Source: an uncultured Trueperaceae bacterium (GTDB lineage: Bacteria; Deinococcota; Deinococci; Deinococcales; Trueperaceae). From it: DNA of 64,000 bases. The notes beneath the pieces were generated by a model that searched no databases, was not told where the DNA came from, and was given only the letters and a program-made list of their open reading frames with translations. The translations under genes and the position numbers were made by a program. Positions 40,850-51,900 of this stretch are shown one piece after another. The DNA is taken from assembly GCA_963799485.1 (NCBI GenBank), contig CAWCXJ010000008.1, forward strand, positions 64,001 to 128,000, read 5' to 3'. How positions within the stretch are numbered: position 1 is the first letter of the stretch; each line of letters opens with the position of its first letter.

Positions 40850-41958
40850 GGAATTAACAGAATCTTGAGCGAGCTGTCGCCTTTAGCCATCAGGTCAAAG
40901 CCTTTTTGAAACTCCTCTAACGGCAACTGATGCGTGACGACCCCTTCGGTCGGTAGCCGCCCGTCGGCAATCGCCTCAATTGTCAGTGGATAACAGTACG
41001 GCCCCAGGTGCGAACCCAATAGGTCGAGTTCTTTACGGTCGGAGATAATGCTCCAGTCCACCTTGACATCTTTGGAAAAGACGCTGAACTCGACGAAACG
41101 GCCGAGTTTGCGGATCATCTGCAAGCCTTGCTCGACCCCGACGGGGCTGCCGGTCGCTTCGATGTAGACGTCACAACCGTAGCCGCCAGTCAGGTCTTTC
41201 ACGATCTTTACGGCGTCTTCCTCGAGCGGGTTGATGACCATATCCGCGCCAAACTTTTTAGCGAGCTCCAAGCGCTCGGGTTTGGTGTCTAAGACGATGA
41301 GTTTCGTCGGATTTTTCAGCCGCGCAGCCCCGACCATTCCGAGCCCGAGCGTCCCGGCTCCGGCTAACACCACCACGTCGCGGAGCTGAATGTTACCCCG
41401 GTTGACGGCATGAACCGAACACGCGTAAGGCTCGACCAAGATGGCTTTTTCAATTGGCAGGTCACTCGGTACGTGGTAGTTCAGAGCCTCTTTGGGAAAA
41501 CGCATGTACTCGGCCATGCCGCCATTGACATTGTTTTGAAACCCGTACACGTCGTGCTTCTCACACATCCAGTATTCGCCTTCGTCGCAAAACCGGCAGT
41601 TCCAGCACGGCACGATCTGCTCGCTGATCAGCCGGTCGCCGACCTCAAACTCGCCTTTGGCGAGGACGTTTTCACCGACTTCTACGGCGACGCCGATAAA
41701 CTCGTGACCGGGGATCATCGGCGCTTTGATGTACGCCGGTTGGCCTTTGCCGCCCCAGAACGACACCGCGCCGTCACACGCTTTAATGTCACCCGCGCAG
41801 ATGCCGCACGCCTCAATTTTGACGATGATGTCGTCGGGTCCGGCGCGGGGCGTTTCGACCTCTTCTAAACGGTAGTCGCCGGGGGCGTAGGCGACCACGG
41901 CTTTCATGGTTTTGGGCAGCGTTTCGGTTTGTTTTTCGGGGGCTAAGGTGTCAGCCAT
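40846..41958 (-). CDS. eltD: Zn-dependent erythritol/L-threitol dehydrogenase-like protein
   Basis: DYRLEEV, ACGICAGDIK...FWG...IPGHEF, EQIVPCWNCRFC...YWMC.KHDVYGFQ, DWSIISDRKELD..GSHLGPYCY. Confidence 0.75.
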   Translation of the reverse strand: MADTLAPEKQTETLPKTMKAVVAYAPGDYRLEEVETPRAGPDDIIVKIEACGICAGDIKACDGAVSFWGGKGQPAYIKAPMIPGHEFIGVAVEVGENVLAKGEFEVGDRLISEQIVPCWNCRFCDEGEYWMCEKHDVYGFQNNVNGGMAEYMRFPKEALNYHVPSDLPIEKAILVEPYACSVHAVNRGNIQLRDVVVLAGAGTLGLGMVGAARLKNPTKLIVLDTKPERLELAKKFGADMVINPLEEDAVKIVKDLTGGYGCDVYIEATGSPVGVEQGLQMIRKLGRFVEFSVFSKDVKVDWSIISDRKELDLLGSHLGPYCYPLTIEAIADGRLPTEGVVTHQLPLEEFQKGFDLMAKGDSSLKILLIP

Positions 41959-41984
41959 AACTCATCTCACTTTCTTTTATTCTT

Positions 41985-43166
41985 TTACGCAGTGTGCGTT
42001 TGGACGGGGGCGTGCGTAGCCTCTGAACGTTTAAGCGTCATGGTGTCGGGCTTACCCTTACCGGTTTGGTTGGCGACAGGGATACGGACACCGGTTTCGG
42101 GATCAAAAAGGAGCGTATGCGCGAGGTCGAACTCGAGGTACACCCGGTCACCTGCCCGCAAGCTTCGGGTAATCGGTAAGGTCACGGTTAGCTCCATCTC
42201 GCCGTAACGCACGAGCAAACGGGTTTCGTCACCTAAATGCTCGGCGACTGCGACGTCGCCGGGAATGCTACCGGACTGCTCATGGCGGTGAACGGCGATG
42301 CGGTGCGTGCGGATGCCGAGCTTGACGGTGCGGCGCTCGCCCAGCGCGTCCAGCATGTCGCGGCCGACCGGCAGCGCAAACTCGGTTCCGGGTAGCCGCA
42401 GCGTGGGCGGCTCGCCCCGGCTCAGCTCGACCGTAAAGATGTTCATCGGCGGCTCTCCGATAAACCCGGCGACAAACTCGTTCGCGGGGTAGTTATAGAC
42501 CTCATACGGGGTGCCGTACTGTTGCAACACCCCCAAATCTAAAATCGCGATGCGGTCGGCCATCGCCATCGCCTCGAGCTGATCGTGCGTGACCAAAACT
42601 GTGGTTGCACCGACCTCGACGTGCAAGCGTTTGAGTTCGGTACGCATCTGTAGGCGGGCGCGGGCGTCAAGGTGACTGAGCGGTTCGTCAAGCAAGAGTA
42701 GCGTGGGTTCACGAACTAGGGCACGGGCGATGTTGACCCGCTGCTTTTGCCCGCCGCTCAAACTGCCCGGTTTGCTCTCTAAGATGTCGGTGATGCCCAA
42801 AAGGTGAGAGATGCGTTCGATTTTTTTCTTCTGGGTGGCGCGGTCGGTGTGTTTCGCCTTGAGGTTAAAGGCCAGGTTGTTGTAGATCGTCAAAGGCGGG
42901 TAGAGCGCGTAGTTTTCAAATGCCAAACCGACGCCGCGGTCTTTAGGCGCGACGTGATTCATCACCCGGTCGCCGATCAAAAGCTCGCCCGAGGTAATGT
43001 CTTCCAACCCGGCGATCATCCGCAGGGTGGACGATTTGCCGCACCCTGACGGCCCCAAGAGCGCGATAAACTCGCCGTCTTTGGACTCTAAATTGAGGTT
43101 GTTTAAGGCCGGTTCATGCCCTTTTTCGTACACTTTGGTAAAGTTCTCGAGCTTCAGTTTAGCCAC
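41985..43166 (-). CDS. Sugar ABC transporter ATP-binding protein (MalK-like)
   Basis: GPSGCGKS, LSGGQKQR, LLDEPLSHLD, C-terminal TOBE; likely GTG start at 43166. Confidence 0.92.
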   Translation of the reverse strand: MAKLKLENFTKVYEKGHEPALNNLNLESKDGEFIALLGPSGCGKSSTLRMIAGLEDITSGELLIGDRVMNHVAPKDRGVGLAFENYALYPPLTIYNNLAFNLKAKHTDRATQKKKIERISHLLGITDILESKPGSLSGGQKQRVNIARALVREPTLLLLDEPLSHLDARARLQMRTELKRLHVEVGATTVLVTHDQLEAMAMADRIAILDLGVLQQYGTPYEVYNYPANEFVAGFIGEPPMNIFTVELSRGEPPTLRLPGTEFALPVGRDMLDALGERRTVKLGIRTHRIAVHRHEQSGSIPGDVAVAEHLGDETRLLVRYGEMELTVTLPITRSLRAGDRVYLEFDLAHTLLFDPETGVRIPVANQTGKGKPDTMTLKRSEATHAPVQTHTA

Positions 43167-44331
43167 GCAACACCCCTCTCCCCTCGTCCGCGTCGCGCAC
43201 AGCGGCTCGAGCCAGAAACTGCCCGCTCTGCCGGTCGAAGAAGATGAGGTTCTCCGGCTTGACCGTAAAGCTGACCGTTTGGTCGAGCTGCGGCGCAACC
43301 TCGGCGTCAACCAGGGCACGGATCATCGTGTCTTGTCCTGTATTTTGCCGGGTTTTATCTTGCTGGGTTTTGATAATCAAGATGGCTTTGGCTCCGAGCG
43401 GTTCGTAGCTGTAGACCGTTCCCTGTACCCCTTCGTGCTGCCCCAAACGCACCTGCAGGTCGGCGGGACGGAAGCCGAGCAGCAGATTTTCATGCCCCAA
43501 CAGTTCTTCGAGCACTTCAGGCGGAACCTCAAACCCGTAAGCGCTGCCTTCGGCGACCGCCCGGGTTTGCCCGTCCGTGCCGGAACGAAGTGTCGCGCCG
43601 AGCATGTTGATCTCCGGGTCGCCGAAACCGCGCGCGACCTCGACGTTTTGCGGGCGCAAGTAGATATTGTCGGGCGTCCCGATCTGCAGCACCCGGCCTT
43701 CGTCCAACACGATGATCCGGTCGCCTAAACTGAGCGCCTCGAGATAATCGTGCGTGACGTAAAGGGTCGTGGTATCGAGTTCGCTCTGCACCAGTTTGAG
43801 TTCGGTGCGCATCTGGTTGCGCAGTTTGGCGTCAAGGTGACTGAGCGGCTCGTCCATCAAAAAGACGTTGGGTTTGCGGACCAACGCGCGGCCCAAAGCG
43901 ACGCGCTGGCGCTGCCCGTTACTTAAGGCGGTGATGGCCCGCCCCAACAGATGGTCAATTTTAAGCGTCGCGCCCACCTGCGTGACACGTTGTTTGATCT
44001 CGCCTTCGCTCATCTTCGACTTAGGGCCGCGCAGCGGAAACGCCATGTTTTCAAACGCGGTCATCTGCGGGTAGAGCGCGTAATTTTCAAAGACCATCGC
44101 GATATTGCGTTCGCTGGGCTCGAGCGTATTCGCCACTTTTTCTTGCAGCCAGACTTTCCCGGCGTCGGGCGTGGCGATTCCGGCAATCAGATTGAGCGTC
44201 GTAGTTTTACCCGCCCCGGCGGAGCCGAACACCACTACAAACTCTTTTTCTTGAAGTTCAAAACTGACGTTGTTGACGGCAGTCGTTTTGCCGTAGCGCT
44301 TGCTGACGCTTTCTAGCCGTAAAGGAACCAT
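43159..44331 (-). CDS. Sugar ABC transporter ATP-binding protein (second NBD)
   Basis: GSAGAGKT, variant signature LSNGQRQR, MDEPLSHLD. Confidence 0.92.
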   Translation of the reverse strand: MVPLRLESVSKRYGKTTAVNNVSFELQEKEFVVVFGSAGAGKTTTLNLIAGIATPDAGKVWLQEKVANTLEPSERNIAMVFENYALYPQMTAFENMAFPLRGPKSKMSEGEIKQRVTQVGATLKIDHLLGRAITALSNGQRQRVALGRALVRKPNVFLMDEPLSHLDAKLRNQMRTELKLVQSELDTTTLYVTHDYLEALSLGDRIIVLDEGRVLQIGTPDNIYLRPQNVEVARGFGDPEINMLGATLRSGTDGQTRAVAEGSAYGFEVPPEVLEELLGHENLLLGFRPADLQVRLGQHEGVQGTVYSYEPLGAKAILIIKTQQDKTRQNTGQDTMIRALVDAEVAPQLDQTVSFTVKPENLIFFDRQSGQFLARAAVRDADEGRGVLRG

Positions 44332-44332
44332 C

Positions 44333-45166
44333 TCAGCCCTTCACCGCACCGAACGAAAGCCCGCGAACCAGGTGCCGCTGAATTGCCAGCGCCAAGAGCA
44401 CCACCGGGAGCGCCGTAATCGTCGCGGCGGCCGCCAGCTGACCGTAACGCACGCTGTCCGAACCGATAAACCGTAAAATGACGACGGTCGAGGTTTGCGC
44501 GTGGTTGCCCGACAACAGGAGCGGAAAGGTAAAGTTGTTCCACGAAAAGATAAACGCCAAAAGTCCGGCGGCGGCGAGGCCGGGGCGCACCAGCGGCAGC
44601 AAGACTTTAAGAAACACCTGCCACCACGAATAACCGTCGAGCTGCGCGGCGTACTCGAGCTCAGGCGAAATGTCTTCAAAGTAGCCGCGCACCACCCAGA
44701 TCAGTAAGGGCAGCGCAATCAGCTGATAGACCCAGATCAGTCCGAAGTAGGTGTCTAACAGGCCGATACGCTGATAGATCAAAAAGAGTGGCAGGATCAC
44801 AAACAGCTCCGGCGCAAAACGGAACGAGAGCATGGTAAAGGCCAAATCTTCACGCCCCGGAAACTTAAAGCGGGCCAGTGCGTAGGCGGCGGGGACACCG
44901 ACGATCAGCGCGAGCACCACTGCGCCCGTACTGACGATCAAGTTGTTGAGAAAGTACTGTAGGTAGTCCGAACGTAAAAAGATTTCCGCGTAGTTCTGCC
45001 AGGTCGGGTTAAATCTAAACATGGTGGTGAGCATCTGATTGTCGGGCTTAAACGATAAAATCAGCATCCATACCAGCGGAAACAGTGCGAAGAGCGCGTA
45101 AAGGGTTAGCGCCAGGTTGCGCAGGACGGCCAGGAAGATACTTTTGCCGGTAGTCGTTTCTGTCAT
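44333..45166 (-). CDS. Carbohydrate ABC transporter permease
   Basis: ELEYAAQLDG, FSWNNF, GLSFGAVKG. Confidence 0.92.
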   Translation of the reverse strand: MTETTTGKSIFLAVLRNLALTLYALFALFPLVWMLILSFKPDNQMLTTMFRFNPTWQNYAEIFLRSDYLQYFLNNLIVSTGAVVLALIVGVPAAYALARFKFPGREDLAFTMLSFRFAPELFVILPLFLIYQRIGLLDTYFGLIWVYQLIALPLLIWVVRGYFEDISPELEYAAQLDGYSWWQVFLKVLLPLVRPGLAAAGLLAFIFSWNNFTFPLLLSGNHAQTSTVVILRFIGSDSVRYGQLAAAATITALPVVLLALAIQRHLVRGLSFGAVKG

Positions 45167-45176
45167 GATGCCCTTC

Positions 45177-46121
45177 TTAGAGTCCGGCCGCACGCCGCTG
45201 CGCCGCGCCCCAGACCCTGACCAACACCCAGCTCGCCGCAAAAACGATCACCCATAAGACCATCATCAACGGAATGCTTTGACCCAGGTTGTTGTACAAA
45301 AAGCCGGTGTTATACGCGTTAAGCGACAGGCTGAGAAGTGTATCCCCCGGCCCGCCTTTGGTCGCCGCAAAGATGATGCTGAATTCTTGCAGCGAGACCA
45401 TCAGCCGGAAAATCAGTGCGATCAAAAGGTGCGGGGTGATCATCGGCAGGGTCAAGGTGCGAAAGGTAAACCAGGCCGAACCGCCGTCGAGTTGCGCCGC
45501 TTCATAAGGGGCTTTAGGGAGCGACTTAAGTCCGGCCAGGGCCAAGACCATGACAAACGGCGTGTAGACCCACACGTCAATCATCACCACCGTAAACATC
45601 GCGCTACTTGACGCCGCCGCCCAGCGAAAGCCGCCCAACCCGACCGCGTTCATCAGCGGGGCCAAGACCCCGACCGAGGGATTGGTCATCAGCTGCCAGA
45701 TCAGCGTGGCGACTACGGGCGCAATCATCAGCGGGAAAATCAGTAGCACCCGTAAAATTTTGGCGTAACGTGACTCGTTGTTTAAGAGCATCGCTACGCC
45801 GAGCCCTAAGAGCATCGCCACGCCCGTAGACCAGAGCGCGTACTGCAGCGTTACACTGACCGAGTGCCAGAACTGGGCACTAGTGAACATCTCGCGGTAG
45901 TTCTCGAGCCCCACGAACGCGTAGTCGGGAAAGCGAAAGGAAAAGTTCGTAAGTGACAGGTAGATCGCGTAAACAAAGGGGATCAAGATACCGGCGGTCA
46001 ACAAAAACGCTGGGGTCAAAATAAGATAGGGGCGGGCGCGCTGGCTCCACGTCGGTTTTACGACGTCGGCTTGACCGGGCCGGGTTTGCGTGGGTGGTTG
46101 ACCTTGGGCAGGAAGTGCCAT
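45177..46121 (-). CDS. Carbohydrate ABC transporter permease
   Basis: DVWVYTPF, YEAAQLDG, TKGGPG. Confidence 0.92.
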   Translation of the reverse strand: MALPAQGQPPTQTRPGQADVVKPTWSQRARPYLILTPAFLLTAGILIPFVYAIYLSLTNFSFRFPDYAFVGLENYREMFTSAQFWHSVSVTLQYALWSTGVAMLLGLGVAMLLNNESRYAKILRVLLIFPLMIAPVVATLIWQLMTNPSVGVLAPLMNAVGLGGFRWAAASSSAMFTVVMIDVWVYTPFVMVLALAGLKSLPKAPYEAAQLDGGSAWFTFRTLTLPMITPHLLIALIFRLMVSLQEFSIIFAATKGGPGDTLLSLSLNAYNTGFLYNNLGQSIPLMMVLWVIVFAASWVLVRVWGAAQRRAAGL

Positions 46122-46206
46122 ACTTGGGTCCTTTACTGTTGAGTAAGGCGCAGCGGGTGAGACCTTTAGAGCCCCACCCGTGCGGTTGCGGGTTAGTCAG
46201 CGCGCT

Positions 46207-47571
46207 CTATTTGACCCTGATGCGGCTGACTGTATTGGTAATGTTATCAGCCAGATTTTTCATTGTCGTTTCGGCGTCGCTACCTTGCTCGACGATCTCT
46301 TGCAGCGCGGCGGCCCACTCGGTGGTAGTCTCGAAAAAGAAGGGCTGCGGGGTGAACTCGATCTTTGCTTCGGGCACCACCGTATTTAGGGTTTCGCTAT
46401 AGCCCGAGGCGCTCTTGATCCGTTTGATAAAAGCGAGGTCGGTACGGACAGAATCGCGGGCCGGGTCAACCACGCTGGCGTTGACTGCGCCCCAGAGCAT
46501 GTGCTCTTTGCCGGTAAAGTACTGGATAAACAGCCACGCCGCGTCTTTTTTGCTCGAGCTGCTGTTCATCCCCAAAGACCAAATCCACAAGTTTGAGCTG
46601 ATGGGGTCGCCCTCAGCGGCGGCAGGGGGCGGCGCGAAGGCGATGTTCCCGCTCTGCGCCGAAGCGCCTTCGACGTTAGCAAAGTAACCGACGATGTCGG
46701 CGTCAAACATCATTGCGGCTTTACCGGCCCCCAGGTCAGCCGAGCACTGCGACCAGGTATAGCTCGACCAGGCGGGCGGGCCTCCGTCTTGGATGATCTT
46801 CGCCCACTCTTGCGTGGTACTAATAGCGTCGGCGGAGTCGAGTGCCGAAACGAGCTTGCCGTCTTGGACGGTAAAGTCTTTGGCTCCCGCACTGGTAAAA
46901 GCGGTCATGTAGCCGGGGTGAATCGTCGCCCACGAGCGCGTACCGCGGACACAGACGCCGTAAGAACCGGCTCCGTTCCAGCCTTTAAGGTCGCTGGCCA
47001 TCTGGTCGAGTTCAGCCAACGTTTTAGGTGGCGTCAGTCCTTTTTCCTTAAAGAGCGACTGGTTATACGACAGCGTGTACGCTTCAAACCCGAGCGGCAG
47101 CGTGTACTGCTCACCTGTACCAACCGGATCGCCGACGTTTAAGCTCCAGCGTCCGCCCGCCAAAACGCCTTTAGAAATGTCCTCGACGTCGTAGTCGGGG
47201 CTGGTTTTGCTGGGGTCACCAAGGTACGCGTCGAGCGGTTCCATATAGCCCGACGAGGCGTAGTCCCACATCTGGTAGATGCCGGTCATAAACACGTCGG
47301 GGTTCCCCGAGCGGGCGAACAAGTTCGTGGTGATGCGGTCGAAGTAGTTGTCTTCGGGGGTGACGTTATATGACACGTTGATACCGGTGAGTTCTTTGAA
47401 CTGCGGCAGCCGCGCGATGATCGCGTCGGCGTAGGGGTGCTGATTGAGTTCGACGTTGATGGTCGTGCCTTCAGCTTGACGCCAATCGAACTCTTGAGCG
47501 GTCGCAACCGCGCCGCTACAGAGCAGGGCGACGGTGCCGATCAAACTAACGTTTTTTAGAGTAGTGCGCAT
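46207..47571 (-). CDS. Sugar/polyol ABC transporter substrate-binding protein
   Basis: Signal peptide, FDWRQAEGTTI, FKELTGI; AAGGAG upstream. Confidence 0.9.
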   Translation of the reverse strand: MRTTLKNVSLIGTVALLCSGAVATAQEFDWRQAEGTTINVELNQHPYADAIIARLPQFKELTGINVSYNVTPEDNYFDRITTNLFARSGNPDVFMTGIYQMWDYASSGYMEPLDAYLGDPSKTSPDYDVEDISKGVLAGGRWSLNVGDPVGTGEQYTLPLGFEAYTLSYNQSLFKEKGLTPPKTLAELDQMASDLKGWNGAGSYGVCVRGTRSWATIHPGYMTAFTSAGAKDFTVQDGKLVSALDSADAISTTQEWAKIIQDGGPPAWSSYTWSQCSADLGAGKAAMMFDADIVGYFANVEGASAQSGNIAFAPPPAAAEGDPISSNLWIWSLGMNSSSSKKDAAWLFIQYFTGKEHMLWGAVNASVVDPARDSVRTDLAFIKRIKSASGYSETLNTVVPEAKIEFTPQPFFFETTTEWAAALQEIVEQGSDAETTMKNLADNITNTVSRIRVK

Positions 47572-47668
47572 AAAGTATAGCTGTCTCCTTTAGGTATGAG
47601 GATATGTGCCTGGGCGAGCGAAAGACGAAACTCCCTTCAGCGACTAGCAACCGGTCGAAACGACCTGT

Positions 47669-47759
47669 TTAACAATTGCTACATGCGCTTGTCATTTGTA
47701 AATTGGCTTAAGCTTACCGGTAAATTTAGAAAATGTCAAGTAGTCTAAACATTTGCTAA
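47669..47759. promoter_or_regulatory. Candidate SorC/LsrR-type operators: four 14-bp imperfect palindromes in two pairs
   Basis: ttaacaattgctac (47669), ttgtcatttgtaaa (47689), ttagaaaatgtcaa (47726), taaacatttgctaa (47746); 20-bp period within each pair. Confidence 0.5.
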
Positions 47760-47867
47760 ACTGAACCCTCAACACCGGCACCAACGCTTGGTAGTCTTAC
47801 GCTTTGGTTTGTAAGCTGTCGTCAGCAGCTGGGCCGGATAAGGTATCGTGCCGAGTGAGGAGCGTCG

Positions 47868-48830
47868 GTGGAACCGTCAGAAAAACTCGATACGTTGGTG
47901 CAGACCGCCTACCTCTACTATCACGAGGGGCTGACGCAGGCTGAAATCGCGCAGGAACTAGGGCTCTCGCGGCCCACCGTCGCCAATTTGCTGCAGCGGG
48001 CGCGTACCGAAGGGCTCGTCACCATCTCCCTGCGGCCCGACTACCTGAGCAGTTTGACGCTCGCCCGCGACCTCAAAGCGCACTTCGGGCTGACCGACGC
48101 GCTGATCGTACCGACGCTGCCGGGCGCAGACGCGACCGCCGTAAACCGGGCGCTCGGCGCGATGGGGGCGCTGTACTTGGAGAAAGTCTTGACCCCCGGC
48201 GACGTGATCGCTACCGCCTGGGGCGCGACGATGCTCGAGGTCGCCCAGGCGCTCAGCGGTCGGACGGTTGAAAACGTCACGATTGCCCAGTCGCTCGGCG
48301 GCCTGTCAACCGCCGACACCTTTAATCCGGGCCGGGTGGCGACCCTGATGGGTGACAAACTCGGGGCCAGAACCTATCACCTTTACGTTCCGGCAGTGGT
48401 TGAGTCTAAAGAGGTCAGAGACATCTTGCTCCGCGACCGCGCCATCTACGCCGCGTTCGAGGTGGCGCGGTCGGCGCAGCGCGCGATTATGGGGATCGGC
48501 AAGGTGTCACACGGCGCGACGGTCATTAAAGCCGGCTTTATCAGCACCGAGCAGATGGACGAGCTGCACGCCAAAGGTGCCGTCGGCGATATGTCGGGGC
48601 GTTTTTTCGATGTTCACGGGGTTCCTGTCATGACCGACCTCGACGCCCGGATTATTGCGCTTTCGCTGGGCGACCTCAAAACCATCTCGCCGGTGATCGC
48701 CGTGGCGGGCGGTGAGGACAAGATCGAAGCGATTTTAGGGGCGCTCCGGGGCGGCTACTTAGACGTTTTGATCGTCGATGAGCAAACCGCGAAAAAGGTC
48801 TTAAAACGCAGTCAGGATGCGGGTAACTAG
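47868..48830 (+). CDS. SorC/DeoR-like sugar-binding transcriptional regulator
   Basis: AYLYYHEGLTQAEIAQELGLSRPTV HTH; GAVGD, AGGEDKIEAILGALRGG...DE. Confidence 0.93.
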   Translation: MEPSEKLDTLVQTAYLYYHEGLTQAEIAQELGLSRPTVANLLQRARTEGLVTISLRPDYLSSLTLARDLKAHFGLTDALIVPTLPGADATAVNRALGAMGALYLEKVLTPGDVIATAWGATMLEVAQALSGRTVENVTIAQSLGGLSTADTFNPGRVATLMGDKLGARTYHLYVPAVVESKEVRDILLRDRAIYAAFEVARSAQRAIMGIGKVSHGATVIKAGFISTEQMDELHAKGAVGDMSGRFFDVHGVPVMTDLDARIIALSLGDLKTISPVIAVAGGEDKIEAILGALRGGYLDVLIVDEQTAKKVLKRSQDAGN

Positions 48831-48952
48831 AACGCTCTCAAAAACCCTGTGGGGCTGAGGCAGCTGCGCGGGAGCCTGAACAAACCAGCCGTGTAAGGCA
48901 GGCAGGTTTGTACCTGTTTACTTTCGCGTTGTAGAATAGTCGGGGGGGTACA

Positions 48953-51900
48953 GTGAGAGGGTCTGAAGAGAGTCCCTGGCGCAGCCTTTTTGAAACGGTA
49001 CGGGGCGCGCTCCATAATCGGCGGGACGAGCAGGGTGTCGTCGGCTCGATCAACTGGTTGCGCCAGGGGATGAAAGAGCGCGGGGCCAACCCGAACGTCG
49101 TGCGTAACATCATCTACCGTGACAAGGGCAAGCTTGCGGACAAACGGGTGCTTTTTAGCCTTTTAAGCGAGCTGTGGGAGAGTACCGGCAGAGCCCCCCT
49201 CGAGGCTCCTGAAATCGAACTCCTCCTCAGCAGTTCGCCCGATGAAGGGGAGGCGCAACTTTTGGGCCGCGACAAACGCCGCGTCTACAGCGGCTTTGTC
49301 GGCGCGGTGCGCGCGGGCAAGCAGCCCAAGCTGCTCGTGACCGGACGCCCCGGCTCCGGGAAAACACTCTTGAACGACGCTGTCCAGCGGGCGCTCGAGC
49401 GCCCCGCCCGGGGTTCGTTACAAGATACGTTACAGGGCGCGTCACAGGTTGCGCCGGCGGTCGTCCGGCAAGAGTTTTCGGCGCTCAACCTGGGCGACGC
49501 CCTTTTGCACCTCTCGCTGGCCCTCGGGGTGACGGCGGAAGCGTTCGAGGCCAAACTCGTCAAGGTCGGCGTCGCGGGCGCGTACGCGGTTCAGGCCGAC
49601 GCCCAAGCCGACGTCGCGCGGGTCGTGTGGGAGCGTCTACGTGGTCGGCGCGACCCGCTGGTACTGCTCTTGCACGTTTCGCAAACTGCCGGGGGCGCGC
49701 CGGGAACGTTGGGTGACGTGCCCCTGCGCCTCAGTACGCCGGACGTACCGCGTGTCGGCCTTACCGAATGGCTCTGGCACACGCTGCTGGAACCACTCTC
49801 GCGCCTGAACCACGTGAGTTTGCTCGTCAGCATGACCGAGGTGCCGCTGACGCTCGCCGGCCGCACCGGAGCTTTTGAAGGCCCCGTCAAACTCAGTCCG
49901 CCGACCACCGCCGAAGCGCAGCGCTTTGTGCGGGCGCGTGCGCCGCACCTTTCGGACGCGCAGCAAGAAGCGCTGGTAGGGCGGGCTAAACGCTCGTTCG
50001 AAGACCTCCGCACCCTGACGCTCTTGGCCGAGGCGCGCGAACCCCTGGACGAGAGCCGTCACGCCGAGCAGCTCGGTCAGCTCGTCTCCCGCGGTTCGGG
50101 CCGCCTGAGAGATTTTCTCGAGGTGTTGGCGGTTTTGTCCCTGCCGGAATTTCCGGCGGTCACCCAAGCGGCGCTGGAAACCCTGCGGAGCGCCGAACCG
50201 AGAAGCTTGAGCAGCCTCGAGCTGGCCTTTCTAGACGCCATGCCGGGCGAACCGGGCCTCTGGCGGCCCTTTTCGCGGCAGTTTTCGCGCACCCTGAGAA
50301 ACCGTTTACGCGCCGCCGACCTGGCGCGTTTTCGCAGCTTGAGCCGCGCCGCGAGCCGCCTCTATGAAGAAGACGCGCGCCGCGCTCCCCGGAGCGAGGC
50401 AGCCGCACGCTACGTCCATCACCTTTTTGCGGCTCGAGACTGGCGTGAGCTGCTCGCCTGGGCCGAACACGCCCCCGTGCCGCAATCGCTCTTGCAGCGG
50501 CTCTGGCGTGCGGCGCAGCGCGAACTCGGCGACCCTGCCACACTCGGCGCGGTGGCCCTGCGCGTCGCGTCGTACTATGTGCGGCTCGGCAGCCCCGAGC
50601 ATCCCGACGCGCTTGTGTCGCTCGAGGTGCTCGCCGCCTCGGGCGACCCCAAACTGCGCGCCTGGACGCGGGTCAGACGCGCCGAGAGCGCCCTGCTAGA
50701 AGGTCGTTACGGCGAGGCCGAAGCGCTGCTGGGAGGCTGGCAAGACGTCGGCGACCCAGGGCTTGCGCTCGAGGTTACGCTGCTGCGGGCCAACCTCGCG
50801 CGCTGGCGTTCGCACCTCGCAGACGCCGCCGAGCTGGCCCGGAGAAGCGCGGAAGCGCTCTCCCGGATGGACGCCTCAGATAACGCCGCAGACCCGGTTC
50901 TCGCGGTGCGGGTCGGGCTCTGGCTGGGCATCGTCGCCAAAGACGAGGGTGCGCTGGAAGGTGCGCTCGAACACTTTCGCCGCGTTTTTGACCACGTTGC
51001 AACCGGCGACGAACTGCTCCGCGCCCGTATCCGCTTTCAGGAGGCCGACGTCCTCTTTAGTCTCGGACACCTCCGCGACGCGCACGCGGCGCTGACCGAC
51101 GCGGTAAATCTGAGTTATCAAGGTGAAGCCCCGGCGTTCGAACGGGCGCGCTACCTCGCGCGGCGCGGTACGTTGCAGCGGCGTCTGGGTGACCTCGGCG
51201 CGGCGCACGCCGATTTTGCCGCCGCCTACGCCGCTCTCGCGAGCACCCAAACAGCGCCCGTGCGACTCGGTTTCGAATACGCGAAAGTCCAGGATGAAGA
51301 GGCGCTCAACCTGCTCGCCTGCGGGCGTGCCGACGAGGCGATCATCAGCCTTCAAGAAAACCTCGAAACCTTCGCCGCTTACGGTGAACATTACGGCGTC
51401 GATCCGAGTTTTCGCACGCTGCGCGGCACCTTGCGGCTGGCGCTCGCCTACGGTTGCCGCGCGCTGGGTCAGTGCTACCGGCTCCCGCTCGGGCTTTATC
51501 CCGAACCTGTAGCCGCCGACCTGCAACGGGCGCGGGGGCTCGTCGGCGTGGTGCAGGGGGCGCTGGCGGGTGAACCGGGGCGTTATGCGGGGCTCGTCAC
51601 CCAGGCGCAGCTGGCCGCGAGCCTCCTGCTGGCCCCCGAGGACGCTGTTAAACAAGCAGAGGCGGCCCTAAGCTCGGCCCGGTATCCTTACGGGCGGGGG
51701 CAAGCAGGTGCCCACCTCGCAGGCGCGCTTTTGCGCCGCCACGACCCCGCAGGCGCACGCGCGCTCAGCTACGCGGCGCAACACGACCTGCAAGCCGCCG
51801 CCACCGATGACGACGCTCTCTACGCCTACCTCGCCGTGTTGGACGCCGCCGCACATCTCTGTCTGGGCGACCCCGGAAGCGCACACGAGCGTATTTTCGG

